Shown here: piece after piece, positions 39,369-53,700 of the stretch
Numbering within the stretch: position 1 is the first letter of the stretch
Layout of the letters: each line of letters starts with the position of its first letter
Assembly: GCA_051362555.1 (NCBI GenBank)
Contig: CM120640.1
Coordinates: forward strand, 48,276,788 to 48,340,787
Source of the DNA: Lingula anatina
Taxonomy: Eukaryota; Animalia; Brachiopoda
Direction: 5' to 3'
DNA length: 64,000 nucleotides
Made by a program: the position numbers and the translations under genes
Notes under the pieces: model-generated
What the model saw: the letters and a program-made list of their open reading frames with translations, nothing else
Told to the model about the DNA's origin: nothing
Databases searched by the model: none

Positions 39369-40541
39369 GGGGGTGGGGTATTAATTTTTTTCAAGAAGTC
39401 TTTTTGTGATTTTTATTTTGGGTACATTTTGAACTCTTTCTTCCCACTTGATCTGTGATTTTGACATTGTTTTTCTCCGAACATCACAAAATGCAAGTTA
39501 ACATGCATTTTTATTTTCATTGTAATTTTTTAAATCATACTGTCAACCCTTGCTTGGATTTCTCTCGTTTGGCCATTCACATCAATTTTTTGCGTGTCTC
39601 TAAAGCTCCTTGATTTCATTTATTGGAGAATAAAATTATATTTTGTCAACATTAGTTTATACCTTCTACAAACGGCGTCCAACAATAATTTCCAGTTTCG
39701 TAACGTGTCGCAGATACGCTTGCCGATATATATATCGCCAAAATTAAGAGCTAGGCTAAAAGTATTGTTTCTAGCTTTTTTTTTCTTTTAGTAATAAATT
39801 TTTCTTACAAATACATTTCTCAATTAATTTAGATGATTCGATTTACTCTTTCACCCATTTATTAGGTTACATAAAGAAAAAAGAAAGACGAATATTATTA
39901 AACATTTCATGATGCTTTTATTTGAGCTGTAACTGTCTTTCGACCAACACAACGTCGCCGCCACACACATGACAAACACATGACTTGTAGGCACTTTCTA
40001 ACAACTGTCCACTGTGCCAAAGCCTGTACCCAGTATACACTGTTTCTTCCTCACGATTACTGTCAGAAGACTCTGAGGGCTGTTCAAAGTCCTTCAAAAT
40101 CTTACGAGCGCACACTCCAGGTAGATTCTCTCTCTCGTCAACCGACTGAACAAATACTGGTTTTCCTCCAACCGCCCACATACTCTCAAAATTTTCTTTC
40201 TTTCCTCTGGAAATAGACTTTTAACACGAACTTTTCTCTTCCCCATAGCGTACTCGACTCCTTCACTGCTTAGCTGATGTAAGACTTATGACCTATCACC
40301 GCACACGTAATCGGCTTATAACTCAGTAACTATGCTCCGCCCCCCTCATGGCAACGTCCCTTAGCAACAGAGTTGTCAGCCTGACAGGGGCGCGTGCCGT
40401 TTGAAAAACTCATCAAAAGACACATTTCGCGGTGCAAATTCAAAAAAATTATTACATCCAACGTTAGATACTTTTTTGATTAATAGAAACACAAAAAACT
40501 CAAAGACATGATTTTAAGCGTAGTTAACCCTATTACCCACC
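39369..40541 (-). mobile_element. Probable deleted Kolobok-type DNA transposon (left boundary tentative)
   Basis: Right end reads TTAA|GGTGGGTAATAGG on the minus strand (TTAA 40542-40545). A similar ggtggggtatt lies near 39372 but lacks TTAA. CpG-rich and contains a transposase 5' remnant. Confidence 0.5.
39938..40246 (-). pseudogene. Frameshifted N-terminal fragment of a Kolobok-Hydra-like ('Mutator-like' domain) transposase
   Basis: Basic start MGKRKVRVKS at 40246, then in a shifted frame VCARKIL...TGYRLWHSGQLLESAYKSCVCHVCGGDVVLVE. This matches from memory the ARKL...GYR(L/I)...L...CxxC...L.L.E N-terminal pattern of these transposases. Truncated before the second CxxC and the DDE core. Confidence 0.55.
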
Positions 40542-41950
40542 TTAAATATTCTTGTAAATTTGAGAATATTATAAATATGTACACAGTTTCCTTTTTAAAC
40601 AAGAAACAAGCTCACAGCAATGGCAATGGTAATCTAACAGCAATGACAAACAAAAGTGATGGCTAAATGTCAACATCCAAACACATAGTGTCTGTCCATA
40701 AAAATCAAAATTACTCCCCATAACAAGTTTATAAGGAAGAATTAAAGAGAACAGATATAGAAAGTATTTTACTGTTGGAGCTGTTTTGCACAGATAAGGC
40801 TGCAGCACTTAAAATAGCATTGTAGCTTAACACACGTGGCCCTCAAGTAGATCAAATAATTTCACATCTAAAAGCAATCCACTTCCACTGCACATGTTGT
40901 GAGATGTTCAGATGAATTTAATGCACTAGAAATAACAGGCTAAGAAGGAACAGACTATTCCAGCTTTTGCTTATGTTTGGATAGGCTATGGGAATAGACA
41001 AGGAAGATCTCAAATAGATAATATTAATAGAAAAAAATGTGCCCTGAAGCTATAAAGGTGGATTTCTGAGACTCACTAATCTTAACCTGAAATAGTAGAT
41101 TTGGCATCATCAGATGACCAGATTACATAGGGATCCCAATCTATATATCACTATTTACTCCTTTTTGCATCTAGGTAAATGTCACTCAAGCATATTAATG
41201 GAAAAGTCAACCATATTTTATTCCTTTTCAAAATAAGTGTAAAATTAAGTGAAAAGATATATTTTTTGCTATGTTTGAAAATTACGTCATAGGCTTAGTG
41301 GCGATAGGGAGTCACCCAGACAACCCGTTATGAGTACGTCGATCCGGCGACTCCCCATTGGTACTTATTATTTCGCATCATAACTGGGACTGTCTCTAAG
41401 GCCGCAATCTTGTATTAACAGTACTCTAAGAACCTCAAATAGATCTAGTCTTCTTTTCCTAATAGATCAAACTCTACATTTTAAAGGCCACACAAAATGT
41501 GCATGGCCATTTGCTAGTACCACAGATGTGGTGGTGGGCCTTCCAACAGAAGTAACAAAAATGTAGCAAGTTCAAAGATATCCTTGACAGGCACTCTGAA
41601 ATGGTGACAATTGCTTAATTGTAAATGCGACTGAAATATCAAAATTTGCATGTACTGACATAAGCTGCTAAATTGAAATTGAGGGACTTTATAGATCTAC
41701 ACATGCTTTTTGTAACTACCCTGTCTTCAATAAAAGTTCTTTTAGGAAATTTGCTGCCAAACAACATATGAAATTGTATACCCCTTTGAGCATACTTTGT
41801 TGTGTTTTATTCATCTAAATGACATTTGTTGTAAAGTTCCTTCTAATGTAATTATACTGAGATGGCATAATTTACTTATTATACATATTAACTGGATGAA
41901 GTTTTACCCAGGGTCTGTTACGTGATTTTTTTATTTGATGGAAATTTGGC

Positions 41951-41954
<4 letters not shown>

Positions 41955-42008
<54 letters not shown>
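41955..42008. repeat. (GA)27 microsatellite
   Basis: Direct reading. Confidence 0.97.
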
Positions 42009-42011
<3 letters not shown>

Positions 42012-45000
42012 ATTTGATGAATAAAAAATATAATAATTGATTGGTTTTCCATCCCAATTTACTGAGAAAATTTTGCAGTATAATTTATTTGATTGAATAG
42101 AACACCTCAAGGTTGCTTGTGGTGATAATTCAATTTCAGTAAATTTCTGATTGTAAATCTAAAAAAAATTTATGCATCGAAGACCCACATACCTTATTAA
42201 TAAAGGTTTTATAACACAATTCCAGACCAATTGCTGGTAATTTGTCCTAGGAAATGGACTGACCTGTTGACGCACTCAGCCCACCCTATGATGTATGCCA
42301 TCCAGTTCCGAATGGGCTGAGCAAAAACATGGCAGACCATGTGACATTTCATAGTTTTCTTCATAACTTTTGGGGCACATCTAATTTGTTCACCATCATG
42401 CCAATAAAACAACATAAATAAGTGGCAGCATTCAGTAAGGATAGATAAAGCTTATAGTCAACTCAAGCTGTCAATGGCAGGATTCACTAAAAGACACAAC
42501 TTCTTAAAAGTACGTAAAAATGAAACATTTTAGTACCCAACTCTTGTACTTGTCACTCTTCACTTTTTATTGACAAAAATTATTAAAACCCTCTTGTGAT
42601 CAAGAATGCTATTTTTAACAAAATAAAATTGTAATGGAATTGCAGTCATACATAATCATTTAAAGTTTTTAAAAATCATTCTAAAATTTTGCATCACAAC
42701 AGACACAGTCCAGCTTGGTCCTGAAAGCATATATACTGTATTTAGATTGTAATTCATAGCAACATAACTTCTGGGTAATTATTGGGAGTGTGTGTAATCA
42801 CTCATTAGATCTTCTCATCTAGTCACTTTTCTGACTACTTAACTTTTATAGTTATGGATTACATTGCAATTGGGAACAGTCAAGCGCCTTCTAGTATTTC
42901 CTAAATATAGATGTAAAACATCCCTTGTTAAAACCACTCTGGAAACGGACCAAGATTGAGAGCCTAATTGCATGATCACAATTACAGTACAAATGAAAAA
43001 TAAAAGTCAGAAAAAATTAGAAAATAATACCCAACTTTTTCCAAAAATTGAGTAGTTAGAAACTGAGATTAAAACAAATAAGTACATTACTAAGTTGACA
43101 ATGAATGTAACTAGTCAAGTCCCTAAAGGCTCAAAATGCATTTAGACTAATTGCAAGTAAAGAGAGAAACCCTGAGAATAGGCAGGGCTTTTAATCTTTT
43201 GTTCACAGCTTTTTGAGGTATTTACATCAGTTCGATAAATCAGCTGCCACTTCAGTGTTAATACTTCTTATATTTACAGTGGGCAAAACATTCTTTTTTC
43301 AATTGTTTTTTAAATAGGCTCCAAAATTTCAATATATATGCAAAAATAATTTTAATATACATCATACAACCATTGTCAACAGAGAGGCCATTCCAAACAT
43401 ATTTCAAATAAAAAAATCTGTATAACAGTGATTAAACATATCTACATTTGTCAAAGGCACAATAATTGTCAAGGAAACCAAAATAAATCAATTGATACTG
43501 GGTAAATTTACATCTACATGAGAAAACACCATAAGGCATGAATAAAGAATTTATAGCAGTGTTGATCTAGTCTTATAATAATGTGCAGTGGCAGTAATGT
43601 CTACATCAATATTGGCAGACTTAGAAACAATGGGGCTGCAGTAATTAAGCTTGGATAATGAGCCAAATGGTAATATATAATGACTTAATTATCATCTAAA
43701 GATTGTCTTTAACTGTTATACTAGGATAAACATATGTGTATGGTGTGAATAATTTATCAGCAACTATCTGATCACTGTTAGCTAAGACCACCCATGTGAG
43801 TGACAGACTATGAACATACATGGTTATTTGACATTTGGAGATAATTATTATAATTTCATAGTAATTTGTTAGGCTGACAGTTTTACTTTTACCGTATTCC
43901 TCATTTAAACGTTACATACCAATATCAGGGCATACCTTGTTTTGGAAAAGTACATTTTAACACAAAATAAAATATGTAGCCTATTTTATACTTTGAGTCT
44001 ACTTTTATAGCAAAATCTAGCTATCATTGCATCAATATCTGCTTCATAAATATACAATCTTAAAAGATTTCTTTTTGATGGTTTAACATGAATTGCAATT
44101 TAACATACAAAGCTAAAATATTCTCATTTTCACTTTCTGACCCCCCAAACATGGTAAAGCTTAGACTCATTTGTCATATCATTTTACATGAACGAGGCAA
44201 AGTCAGAAACACATTAGGTTTATCTCCAACTCTGCATCATCGGGCGATCAAAGCCATCAGAATAGCACAGAAGGGCATCAGCAAAGCTTCAGCCTTTTGC
44301 TCGGATATTTTTGTTGTTTTATTACCAGGAAATTAACCTTTCCATGCAATTTCACACATTGATTTTTCCTCCCAAAGATTGCTGAGATCATGTGAAATAA
44401 GTTCCCCTTTTTACTGCTGCTTTGTCATTGATTCGCGTTAGCTCCCTACAATTTCACTCCACTTAAAATGACAAATAAAATGACAATGTACTATTGACCC
44501 AAAACCTCTCTAACAATAGCTTGTATCAAGGAAATGTATTAAGGAACTTCAAAAGGAAGAAAAGAAATTACAGAAACTTTCCTAAAAACAGGTCCTACTA
44601 TTTTAGATCTGTGGGAACAACCACTGAGAGAAAATCAATACTTAAATTGAAGCAGGCAGAAATACAAGTTGATGAAATTTTGTATTAGATTCTGGGAAAG
44701 GCAATAATTCAATCTCATCCACCAAGGGCATGCTGCTCTCAATCTTCTGTTCAGCAGAAGCTTTATGTCAGTACCTGAGATGATCTTTAAATATTTGGAT
44801 GAGTTAGAAATGTTCAACTGGTAATTTTGATAATATTCATTGCTGTGAGTCATAAAAGAATTTGCAAAATTAATGATAAATTGATTTCAAGTGATTTTTT
44901 ATAGATGTCAAAATTAATGTTTAATTAAGAAAAACAGTACTTCTGATACCAATTAGTACTTTGAAGACTAATCAATTCAAATTTTAAGGGTTCACTGCAA

Positions 45001-45275
45001 TATACTGTTATTTGCTTATCATTTGCTTCCATTATACAACCATTGTGCAAAGTTACCTTCCACCTGGGTCACTGAAAGAATTTTTCCACTACGTATTCAG
45101 AGAAATTTTAACTATCAAATTAAGTTTCGAAAACATACTTTATTTATGCTTTGTTTCATCTCATTACTGATCAAAGATCATTCATACCTGAAAGATGCTT
45201 GTGACACTGGGAAACTGGGTTTCCACCGCCAGCAGAAGTGAAAGAAATTGTGAAGCCTACAAGACTTTGTTCAAC

Positions 45276-45314
45276 CAAGGACCTACTAGTATTAGATGTC
45301 AATAAATGTCCTTG
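45276..45314. mobile_element. 39-bp micro-element, CAAGGAC...GTCCTTG termini, 7-bp TSD (P-superfamily-like)
   Basis: GTTCAAC at 45269-45275 and 45315-45321. TIR caaggacct / atgtccttg (8/9). Confidence 0.7.
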
Positions 45315-48300
45315 GTTCAACTGAGTTTCAAAAACTATACATTTTTTTTTGCTTTTCTGTGAAAGGTGGTATATCCAGGCATGAATGCTGCCATTTTTCT
45401 TGAAATTAATGAAAGGGATTGTGTACAGTATAGGGAACCCCTTCTAATCATGTGACCTGTTTGCCAGACTGATAAGTGAAGTCATATTACATAATGAGTT
45501 TAGAACCTATAGTTGCTGTACAAAAGCAAAGAAAATTAGACTCCTAAGTTAAGAGAATTGGTCCTTTTCTTACCTTTCACCTAAAGGTCCAGTGAGAATT
45601 TTTGCACAACATTTACGTCATCACTCTGCAGGTCTCTGAGAGAGAGAGAGTAGTGCAAAAGTGCAGGTATGCATATATGTATAGTAACTACAGTACATTT
45701 GTACAAGGAGGCCAAGTAACAGTACATGCAACATGTATCTCACAGCGGAATAAGGATCTTGAAAAAAAGTATTTTGAAAAAAAGACTCCACCTGCTGAGA
45801 TAGATGTTACTTAAAGCAATTGCAATCTTGGTACTCTCTGTCTGTAAGATACATGTAGTAACATAATCTTTATGATGTCACTGGCAATTAATGATTCCCA
45901 TTTATGTTTTTCCAGTATTTTGCATTCTAGACAGACATCTTATTGGGCATCAAACTTCTTGATATCACAGGAATCCTCCTGTGTTTCAGTAATATTTTTT
46001 TTTTCATAATAAAATAGAATTTTAAAAACATAAAACATAAAAAAATACAAATGGAAAATATCCTCAGTTGACAATTTTATTTCTCCACTTTCAATTGAAA
46101 TTAATTGCTATGAAGGCACTTGAAGTAATAAAATGTCTTGATTTATCTAAAAAGTTTCAAAGGCATGTTTATGTATATGAACACACTTCATCCATGCCTT
46201 TTTTGACAAATATTTCTTAGAATCTTAGTAATTTGGAATGGTAAACTATAAAAATGATATAATGGTGAGCTTACCGGTACAGTGTTGGTGTAGTTCAGTT
46301 TGTATAAACAGACTGGTGCTGATTTAAAGATGCATACAAAGTCAATTTTTTGTCACAAAAACCAACCAAATGCCAGCATATAGTTTCAAGTAGTATAACT
46401 AAGAGAATTACCAAAAGGCATTGTTTAATTTTACCCGAAAATGATGTTTGAACGGATTTTTCTGCTGGCATTCTAAGCTGTATGTCAATGGGGCAGGAAA
46501 GTAGGTCACGAAAGTAGGTAAAATTTACAACCAAAAATTTAAAGAAAGGAGCAGTCTAAAGGTCTTTTATGGCTAATCGAGTGATCTATTCAGTTTATTC
46601 CTTGGCATGTCGAATTTATTTGAGTCATATAAGAATCTAGTAGAAGTGGTTTACACGTGTTACTGGGAATCCACGCTCTACCGATGCTCGGTTCGTATGT
46701 ACCTGTACCTTTAAGGCAAAATCTAAATGCATGTGGAATATAAAACCTAGGGTTGCATGCAAATGCATTTTGTGATGTTTGTAACAGATCATTGTACTCC
46801 CCCCCCTTATCCTTTATTATACAAATCTGAAATCTATTTCTTCTATATATATATATCATACTGAAATGGAAATAAATCAAGTATTGAAGATAAAAAACAG
46901 GAATATTATAAAACCATACTGGTTTTTGAACTCGGAGCTATATTTTAGTCCTGTAAATTTTAGAATCAAAAGTAACTGATTTTTTCTTCTATTGTGCTCT
47001 CAATAAAAAGTGCATGGTGACAGCAATGTCAGACACAGGTGATGACTATATGTCTAGACACATGTAGTGTCTGGCCATAAAAAGGAATTATACTGACTAC
47101 CAGGGCCTGAGTAAATCTTGAAGAGATTAGTTGGTATTTCATGTTGGTGGACACAAACGCATTTATAAAGTGTATTTCTTTAATGTATTTTTCAAACCAA
47201 AGTACTCATGCACATAATTTATTGTTGATGGGACGACAGTCATAACCCACTGCCTAAGCTGATGATGCTGTCCTGCTGGCAGAGCTCAGGTTCTAATCCC
47301 TAGTTTGTAGCCGAGCTCTCTACGGGATTTAGGAATTGTAGATGTCAGCTCAGAGTTGTGCTCATTGATATAATGCAGTCCAGACAGCAAAGCTGTGCCT
47401 GCAGAGCTGGGAGTCAATATCAAATTATCCTTCGATCAAGATCAATAATGTCCGTGATCAGTAAACTGTCCAAGTCTTATATGCCCATCTCTCTGCATTG
47501 AAAGGTAATTATGTGGTCAAAGTTTCATCATACGTTTTATCAGTTAGTATTTTTTTTCACTTCATACATCTGAAGCTTAAGTGCATTAAAATGGATTCAT
47601 TGAAGTGAGATCCTCAGCTTAAAGGATGAGTTCTTATGGGCTTTTAGACTATGGTAAATAACAGCTATCAAATTATAAGAACCATGCTTGAAAAATAATA
47701 ATCTTACAAAAATTGAAAAAAAAAAGAAGACAAAATGATACATCATAAAGGGGCAACCTGGCCATAAACCACATTATGTAATTTAACAAGGGATACATTT
47801 TAGATATGGTATTTACAGAGAGTGAATGTATAACTAATCAATGGTTACTGTGAGTATAAGATAGGGATCAGATGGTCGCCTTTTAAAAGGGTGCACGTCA
47901 CATGTTATGCAAAATCGGTTGCATTTAATGTGTAGAGTACAATGATGCTGTAAAATGCCAGCCAGATCTAGATCAATATTTCAAAGATTTGTTCCCATCT
48001 CCCAAATAAGTGAGTCTACTCCTGAATAAATGGCCAGCTAGAGACACAGAATGCAGTGCTCTCATAGATTTCTCCTTTACAACCTTAGGCAATGAGGCTT
48101 TTAATTCCCTCAACTGGTAGGAAATTGAAACATCGTGCTTTTGTCTGGACAAGCAATCCATCTGACTGGTAGATAATAGAGGACTGCCAGTTTCCCACAC
48201 AGAAAAAACATAAATTACGGTAAAAAAGTTAGCCTAGAAATGGAAAGAGGATGTAACCATTTAAAGTCTAATAGATGTGTATCCTGGGAGGGAGGCTGAG

Positions 48301-49862
48301 AAAATATTTTTCATAAAATTACAAATCATTACACAATGAAATTGCACAGATATCATACTGGTACTGTTAGTTTGAAGATCACAACCTGATAAGATGCATG
48401 GAGCTTTTAAGAAACCTTTTTCATAAATCTATTGCCCATTTCTATGAAAATATTTACCATATGGGATCAATCATTAAACAAGAGTTAATGGTACTGTATC
48501 ACAGTTTTACAATAAGAATTCCACTGTCAAATATTGTTTAAAATGTTTTAATTTGTTTTGCACATGCCCAGGGGAAGCCAAAAAATATTTTATTAAATGT
48601 TAAACTAACACCCTATATTTTTTATTGACTATTATAGTTTGCAGAACACATGTAAAACAAAGGGGTCATGCCCTTACAGTATTACAGTACTTGCGTAACA
48701 TTGGTGCTTTTATACATTGTAGTTTAAATCAATAATGTTTTCAATTATGAGATTTGACAACATATTTCCAAATTATGTTTTTATGCAACAAAACAGCTTA
48801 AATACATTTGGTTTTTATTTTAGTGGTTTCAAATTTGAAGCACTCACTTGGCAAAAGCAATAAAAATAGGCAGTGTCCATAACAGCGATGCTATTAGTCA
48901 ACATCTAATTGAATTTTTCTGTATAAAAAAAAAAGGATTGAATTTAATTTCAATAAGTGGATATATAATACAATTTCTACAAAAGAAAAGAATAAACAAA
49001 TCAAAAAGCCCTTTTCTAAGTCTAATCTGATTTTCAAATGCCATATGAAACTGCCTTGGGGATGAATTGTATGCAAGCCCTGCCAAAGTGAATTAGTTAT
49101 CAAACTGTCATTGGTATCATTTTCCAGTCATCAATTCTTTAATAACTGTGGTTCAGATGCAACATTTGATAATATCATTGGTAACAGCACCAAAAAATAA
49201 ACCTAAAGAACTTTGCATAATTCTGTGTTTTGTGGATCAGGAAAGGGGGAAGGGGTCCCAGAACAGTACATCAATCCAATTTATTACCAGGCCTATCCTC
49301 CTTGATTATTTAAGATATTTGACAAAAAATTAAAATACAGCATAATAGCATGATAAAAGTTATACAACCATTATTTTTGACACGCAAACATCCTACTTGT
49401 TAATACCATCTAGTTACCAGTAGGTTTTTGCAAAAAATCATTTCACTAAACCTTTACTAGAAAAAACTTTTAAGCTTCAAAGAAATATGCTGCAACATCC
49501 TGGTTACCTTGTTTTTTCACATTCTTCAAAAATTTGAAAAATAAGTCTACAGAGAATTCCAATATATAAAAGTACACATAGGAGTAGTGGGATCTGATTC
49601 CATGGCAAGCCAGTATGCACATGCCAATATTTCAACTCTGATTCAATAGAGATCAATTATCATTGAACACAGTTTCATCAGCCGTATTAGTTCTCACCCA
49701 GTGTGACCCACTACTAGTTCCAACCCATCAATATACATGAAAATGCTTTTTCTACCTCATCCTGGGCCATGCTACTGGTAAAAACTTTACAGGAGATGAG
49801 CATTAAGAGACAGTGTGCTGTGTACTGATTGGACATTTTACATGGCATTAAGCCATTGATTC

Positions 49863-50745
49863 TAGCTGCCAAGCCTTCCTGACATCTGTAGTATTGGAGC
49901 AGGACTGGTGCCAGTAGATTGTCCTTCCATTACTCTGTCACCAAGAGATTGTGCCAAGTTTGATGACAGTTTGAAAAAAGTCTCTCTTGTTGAAATCACA
50001 CAGGTAGAAAGAGGACAGAAAGCCTGGCTTGTGACATTAGGACGTAGAAAAGTATTCAAGTACAGAGCCAATAAAAAAGTAGAGGTCGTCAGAGATAGTG
50101 AAGGTGAAAAGAGCACGGGAAACACAGAGCAGCAATTCATCACAGCACTTTATGAATTGTAAAACGGCCATGTAGGAGCTTAGCAAGAGTTGGAACCTGA
50201 CTGAAAAAGTGGCCTCTTGAAGTTCTCCTGAGGTTCTCAGTGTGTTGCTATCCAACTTGAAGGTTAAGCTGAATACACATTGCTTATTCAAGAACAATAT
50301 AGCATAGGCTAGAAAGGGGAAAAAACAGAAAAAGGAGAAAGTTTATAGGTGTCCCAGGCAAACTGTGACATTTTTTTCACAAAAGCTCTCGATATTGTTT
50401 GAAAATATCACTTGTCAGCAAAGTAATTGGGATTTCGAATTATTGCACTCATAGGCAGCAGTGACTTCTGTTTCTGTAAGACATGCAGTAAATACTGACA
50501 ACCACTGAATCAGCAAGGGTCTATAGATTGGTTATATAGATAATAGACATGGATAATTACAGATTGATTTATACACACTGACCATTCACAGGGATAAACT
50601 GGACATTACTGGACCCTCAGCATCTACACTGAATAGAGTAAAATATTCATTGTTGTGGGACCTCATCACTTTGAAAGGCAAGGCCATGAGCGACATTCAA
50701 TGTTGTTTTGTGGGAGGATAGTTCAATCGTATATTTACCATTGAT
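49863..50745 (+). pseudogene. Possible highly decayed YqaJ (lambda-exonuclease-like) transposon nuclease
   Basis: About 100 stop-free codons (49866-50162) with VSLVEITQVERGQKAW...RR. Downstream, in the expected order, RLIYTH*, Q-G-*/LDITG (cagggataaactggacattactgga, 50589-50613) and IVQ/RI. Requires frameshifts; the SPDG and EIKCP motifs are not recognisable. Confidence 0.3.
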
Positions 50746-53700
50746 TGAATTCATACACTTGACAGGATGGAGGTCTATAGTATTCTGTTTGCCATTTTAT
50801 CATTTTTCGTCTGCCAATGCAAGTCACAGGATGGTGACAGAGAAATAATAGGTCAGTATCATAATGGGCCAATTCTGTTACTTTTTTAGTGTTATTGTAT
50901 AGTTAAATTAATATAATAATATCATAAGTACATACAGCTACTGTGCTTCAGGTGCTTATCTATAAAATATGACATTAAACTTTAGCATTGCTGAAAGGTA
51001 AGAAAATATCCACAAAAATTTGCTCATGTAATGTACTAGTAATTCCAGCTAGGTCCATGCATGAGATATATTTAAAAGATCACATGTAAAAATAGCTGGA
51101 TTCAATTCCTAAAAGGCTAATTGAACTGGAGAGAAAATATTTGGCTCGTGCAAGGTTCTCAACAGCACTTCTCAACTATACAACAAAATGAAAACTTATT
51201 CTGACAAGAAACAAATGCCCACCAAGAAAAGGTGGTACATGCACTTTGCTGCCAATATAATTTTCATACCTGGGCTACATGGAAGAACATTTCTATGACA
51301 TACATGTAAGGTAAAGACAAAATGTTAAGTCCTATTTATTTTCAAATTTGACATTTTAATTGATAAGTTTTTGCCTGAAAAAAAAAAGTGCTTATACACA
51401 TTTGTAAGAACTGACACGATTTCCTATAAGGAAAATGCTGTGAATTTACAATATTTTTCTAAATTACATTATCTTAGTCACAGTGATCTACAGTAGAAGC
51501 AGATGAGGTACTTGCCTTGCCTTAAATTACCACAATTTGCTCTGGCAATATACCTTTGCAGGGCCAGTTTATAGTCCTTACATTTTTGATCAGTAGCTCC
51601 TGCCTATGATACTAGCTAAATGTTGCCTCTTAAAAAAGATTAAAATATCAATCTCTTTGTCACACTGCCAAGTTGAAAATCCATCTTACAAACAATTAAG
51701 TAGAAAATATATGCAATATTTTCAATATAAGATGAGCCCGATGGGAGGAAATATTCTTGATTAAAAATAAAACGGGTAATTCTCATTTCCTCCTTTAATC
51801 TGACATTTTCACGCTAGATTATCAGGACAATATACTTGATCTGTGTAAGAGTGGTAGCTTCCTGGAAATTACTTCTTTGAAAAGTTTATCACCTACAGCC
51901 TGTTTATTGTGATGTATATCATGACCTTATTCTTATTTCTTTGACACTACTTTTCTTTGCAGCTTTAGTTTAAACAGCATATTGGATCATAGTCCCATCA
52001 GTAAAATTGATGTCTGTTAAATTCTGGTGTACTAATTTGTATATGTGACACGTCTCCCTTTCTCCAGTTCAATACTCAAATCTCCAAACAGGGCAGCAAA
52101 GGGGATTAAATGGAGAAGCACATGGCAAGTTGACGTGACTTACATCATACTGGTTCATGTACATGTTACTCTGAATATGAATAATTGTGTGCAGTCGGAA
52201 ATACAATTATGATTTACAGGAAAACCTGTTTGCTTAAAATAGTCACATATTGTGTGTTGGTATTCAGGATGCTGAGTAAAAATACATAACTGAAATATGA
52301 ACAATGCATGGTGATGAAAATAAAAGGGAGCAAAATGATAGGAAGCAAAAGAACATTTCAGTCATTCCTTATCACTGAAAAAGTAAATATCTTGGAAGTC
52401 TGAGTTCTGTCTTCTGATTTATTCTTAATGTTGGACAATTGTCTTTGAAGAACAACATGCACGCCCTTATCATTTCCCCCTTTTCTACCGAGTTAAGAAA
52501 AGATATATTGTTATCATCAAAGCATCAAGAACCAAATATTTGATGTCTCTTCCTGCAGAGAATGTGTTCCTGGCTCTAACAAATCTCAAACTGTATTGCG
52601 ATTTATAACTTCATGCAGGGACATTAAAGTATAATCTGTCGGGACACATTCAATTTCGATAATACCCAGATAACATAATTTCATCCTCATTTCATGTCCT
52701 TTTTTCTTCTTCCAAACGAATGGTTCCCTTGTGGTTGAGTAAATTACACATTGCAGCATCTGCATGTAAGATAATGAGAAAATTCCCCTACTATTATGGG
52801 AAAATAGAGAGCCCTATTAACTTCAAACATTTGTTAATTAAGTGAAGAATACCTATACCCCTAAGGTCAATTCAGCATTAAATCTAGCCTGGAAAAAACC
52901 CATACTTTTGAAAGTTATGAATTTATGTAGTTTTGTTATTACAAGTATATTACAAATGATCTTTCCTTTTCAATCATTATCAAAAGATTTGCCGTAACAT
53001 AAAGAATGCAATACTGGTGATTGGTGACATAATTTCTGAAAGCACCACTGAAAAGAATGCTTAAAATATCAATTCAGAATAAAATTATACAAGAGTTAAT
53101 GTTCTTGGCGACTGAGAAGGAAGAGATTCTCTACGCAACAACCAAATATAGAGATCCATTACAGAAGTCTCAGAAAATGAAAGCACTTGTAATCTCTTCT
53201 AGATCAATACCTCTCTAATGTGAAGTAATGCTAGGAAGTACAAGAGAATGCACTTCTTTACCACTTTAATCCATTTGCTTCAGAACGTCACTGCTGTACA
53301 GTGCTGTCAAATTAACACATGTTTGTGTTTGTAGCAACACCTTACTGTGCTTGCTGTCTTACTGTGCCTGTCTTTGCAAAGGCAGAGGGTCCCAATTGAG
53401 AGGCAAGATAGTATAAGCAGTAGGAGTTGTGGGCCTGCACCAATCATTTAATTGGAAATATATTATCAGTACTATCACATATAACTCATTTATGAAATAA
53501 AATATTACACAGAATAGAAACTAAATTGTATCAAAGGAGTGGTAACCTCTACCAACTGTTTACGAAATTAGAAAAAAATTCTTGTAGAAGAAGGATAATA
53601 TTCGGTTGATATTTGACCCTCCTATTGTCTCAAATAAGAAATCAACTATCCCTTAAACTGCTAACCAGGATCAGTTCTATCAAGTTTTAAAAATAATGGT

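Noticed and set aside
41297-41365. Imperfect hairpin (15/20) gggagtcacc / ggcgactcccc
   Set aside because: Probably a decayed TE relic; no boundaries or family assignable.
46480-46714. CpG-rich tract ending tacctgtacctttaa (Kolobok-like end)
   Set aside because: No matching left terminus located; too weak to delimit.
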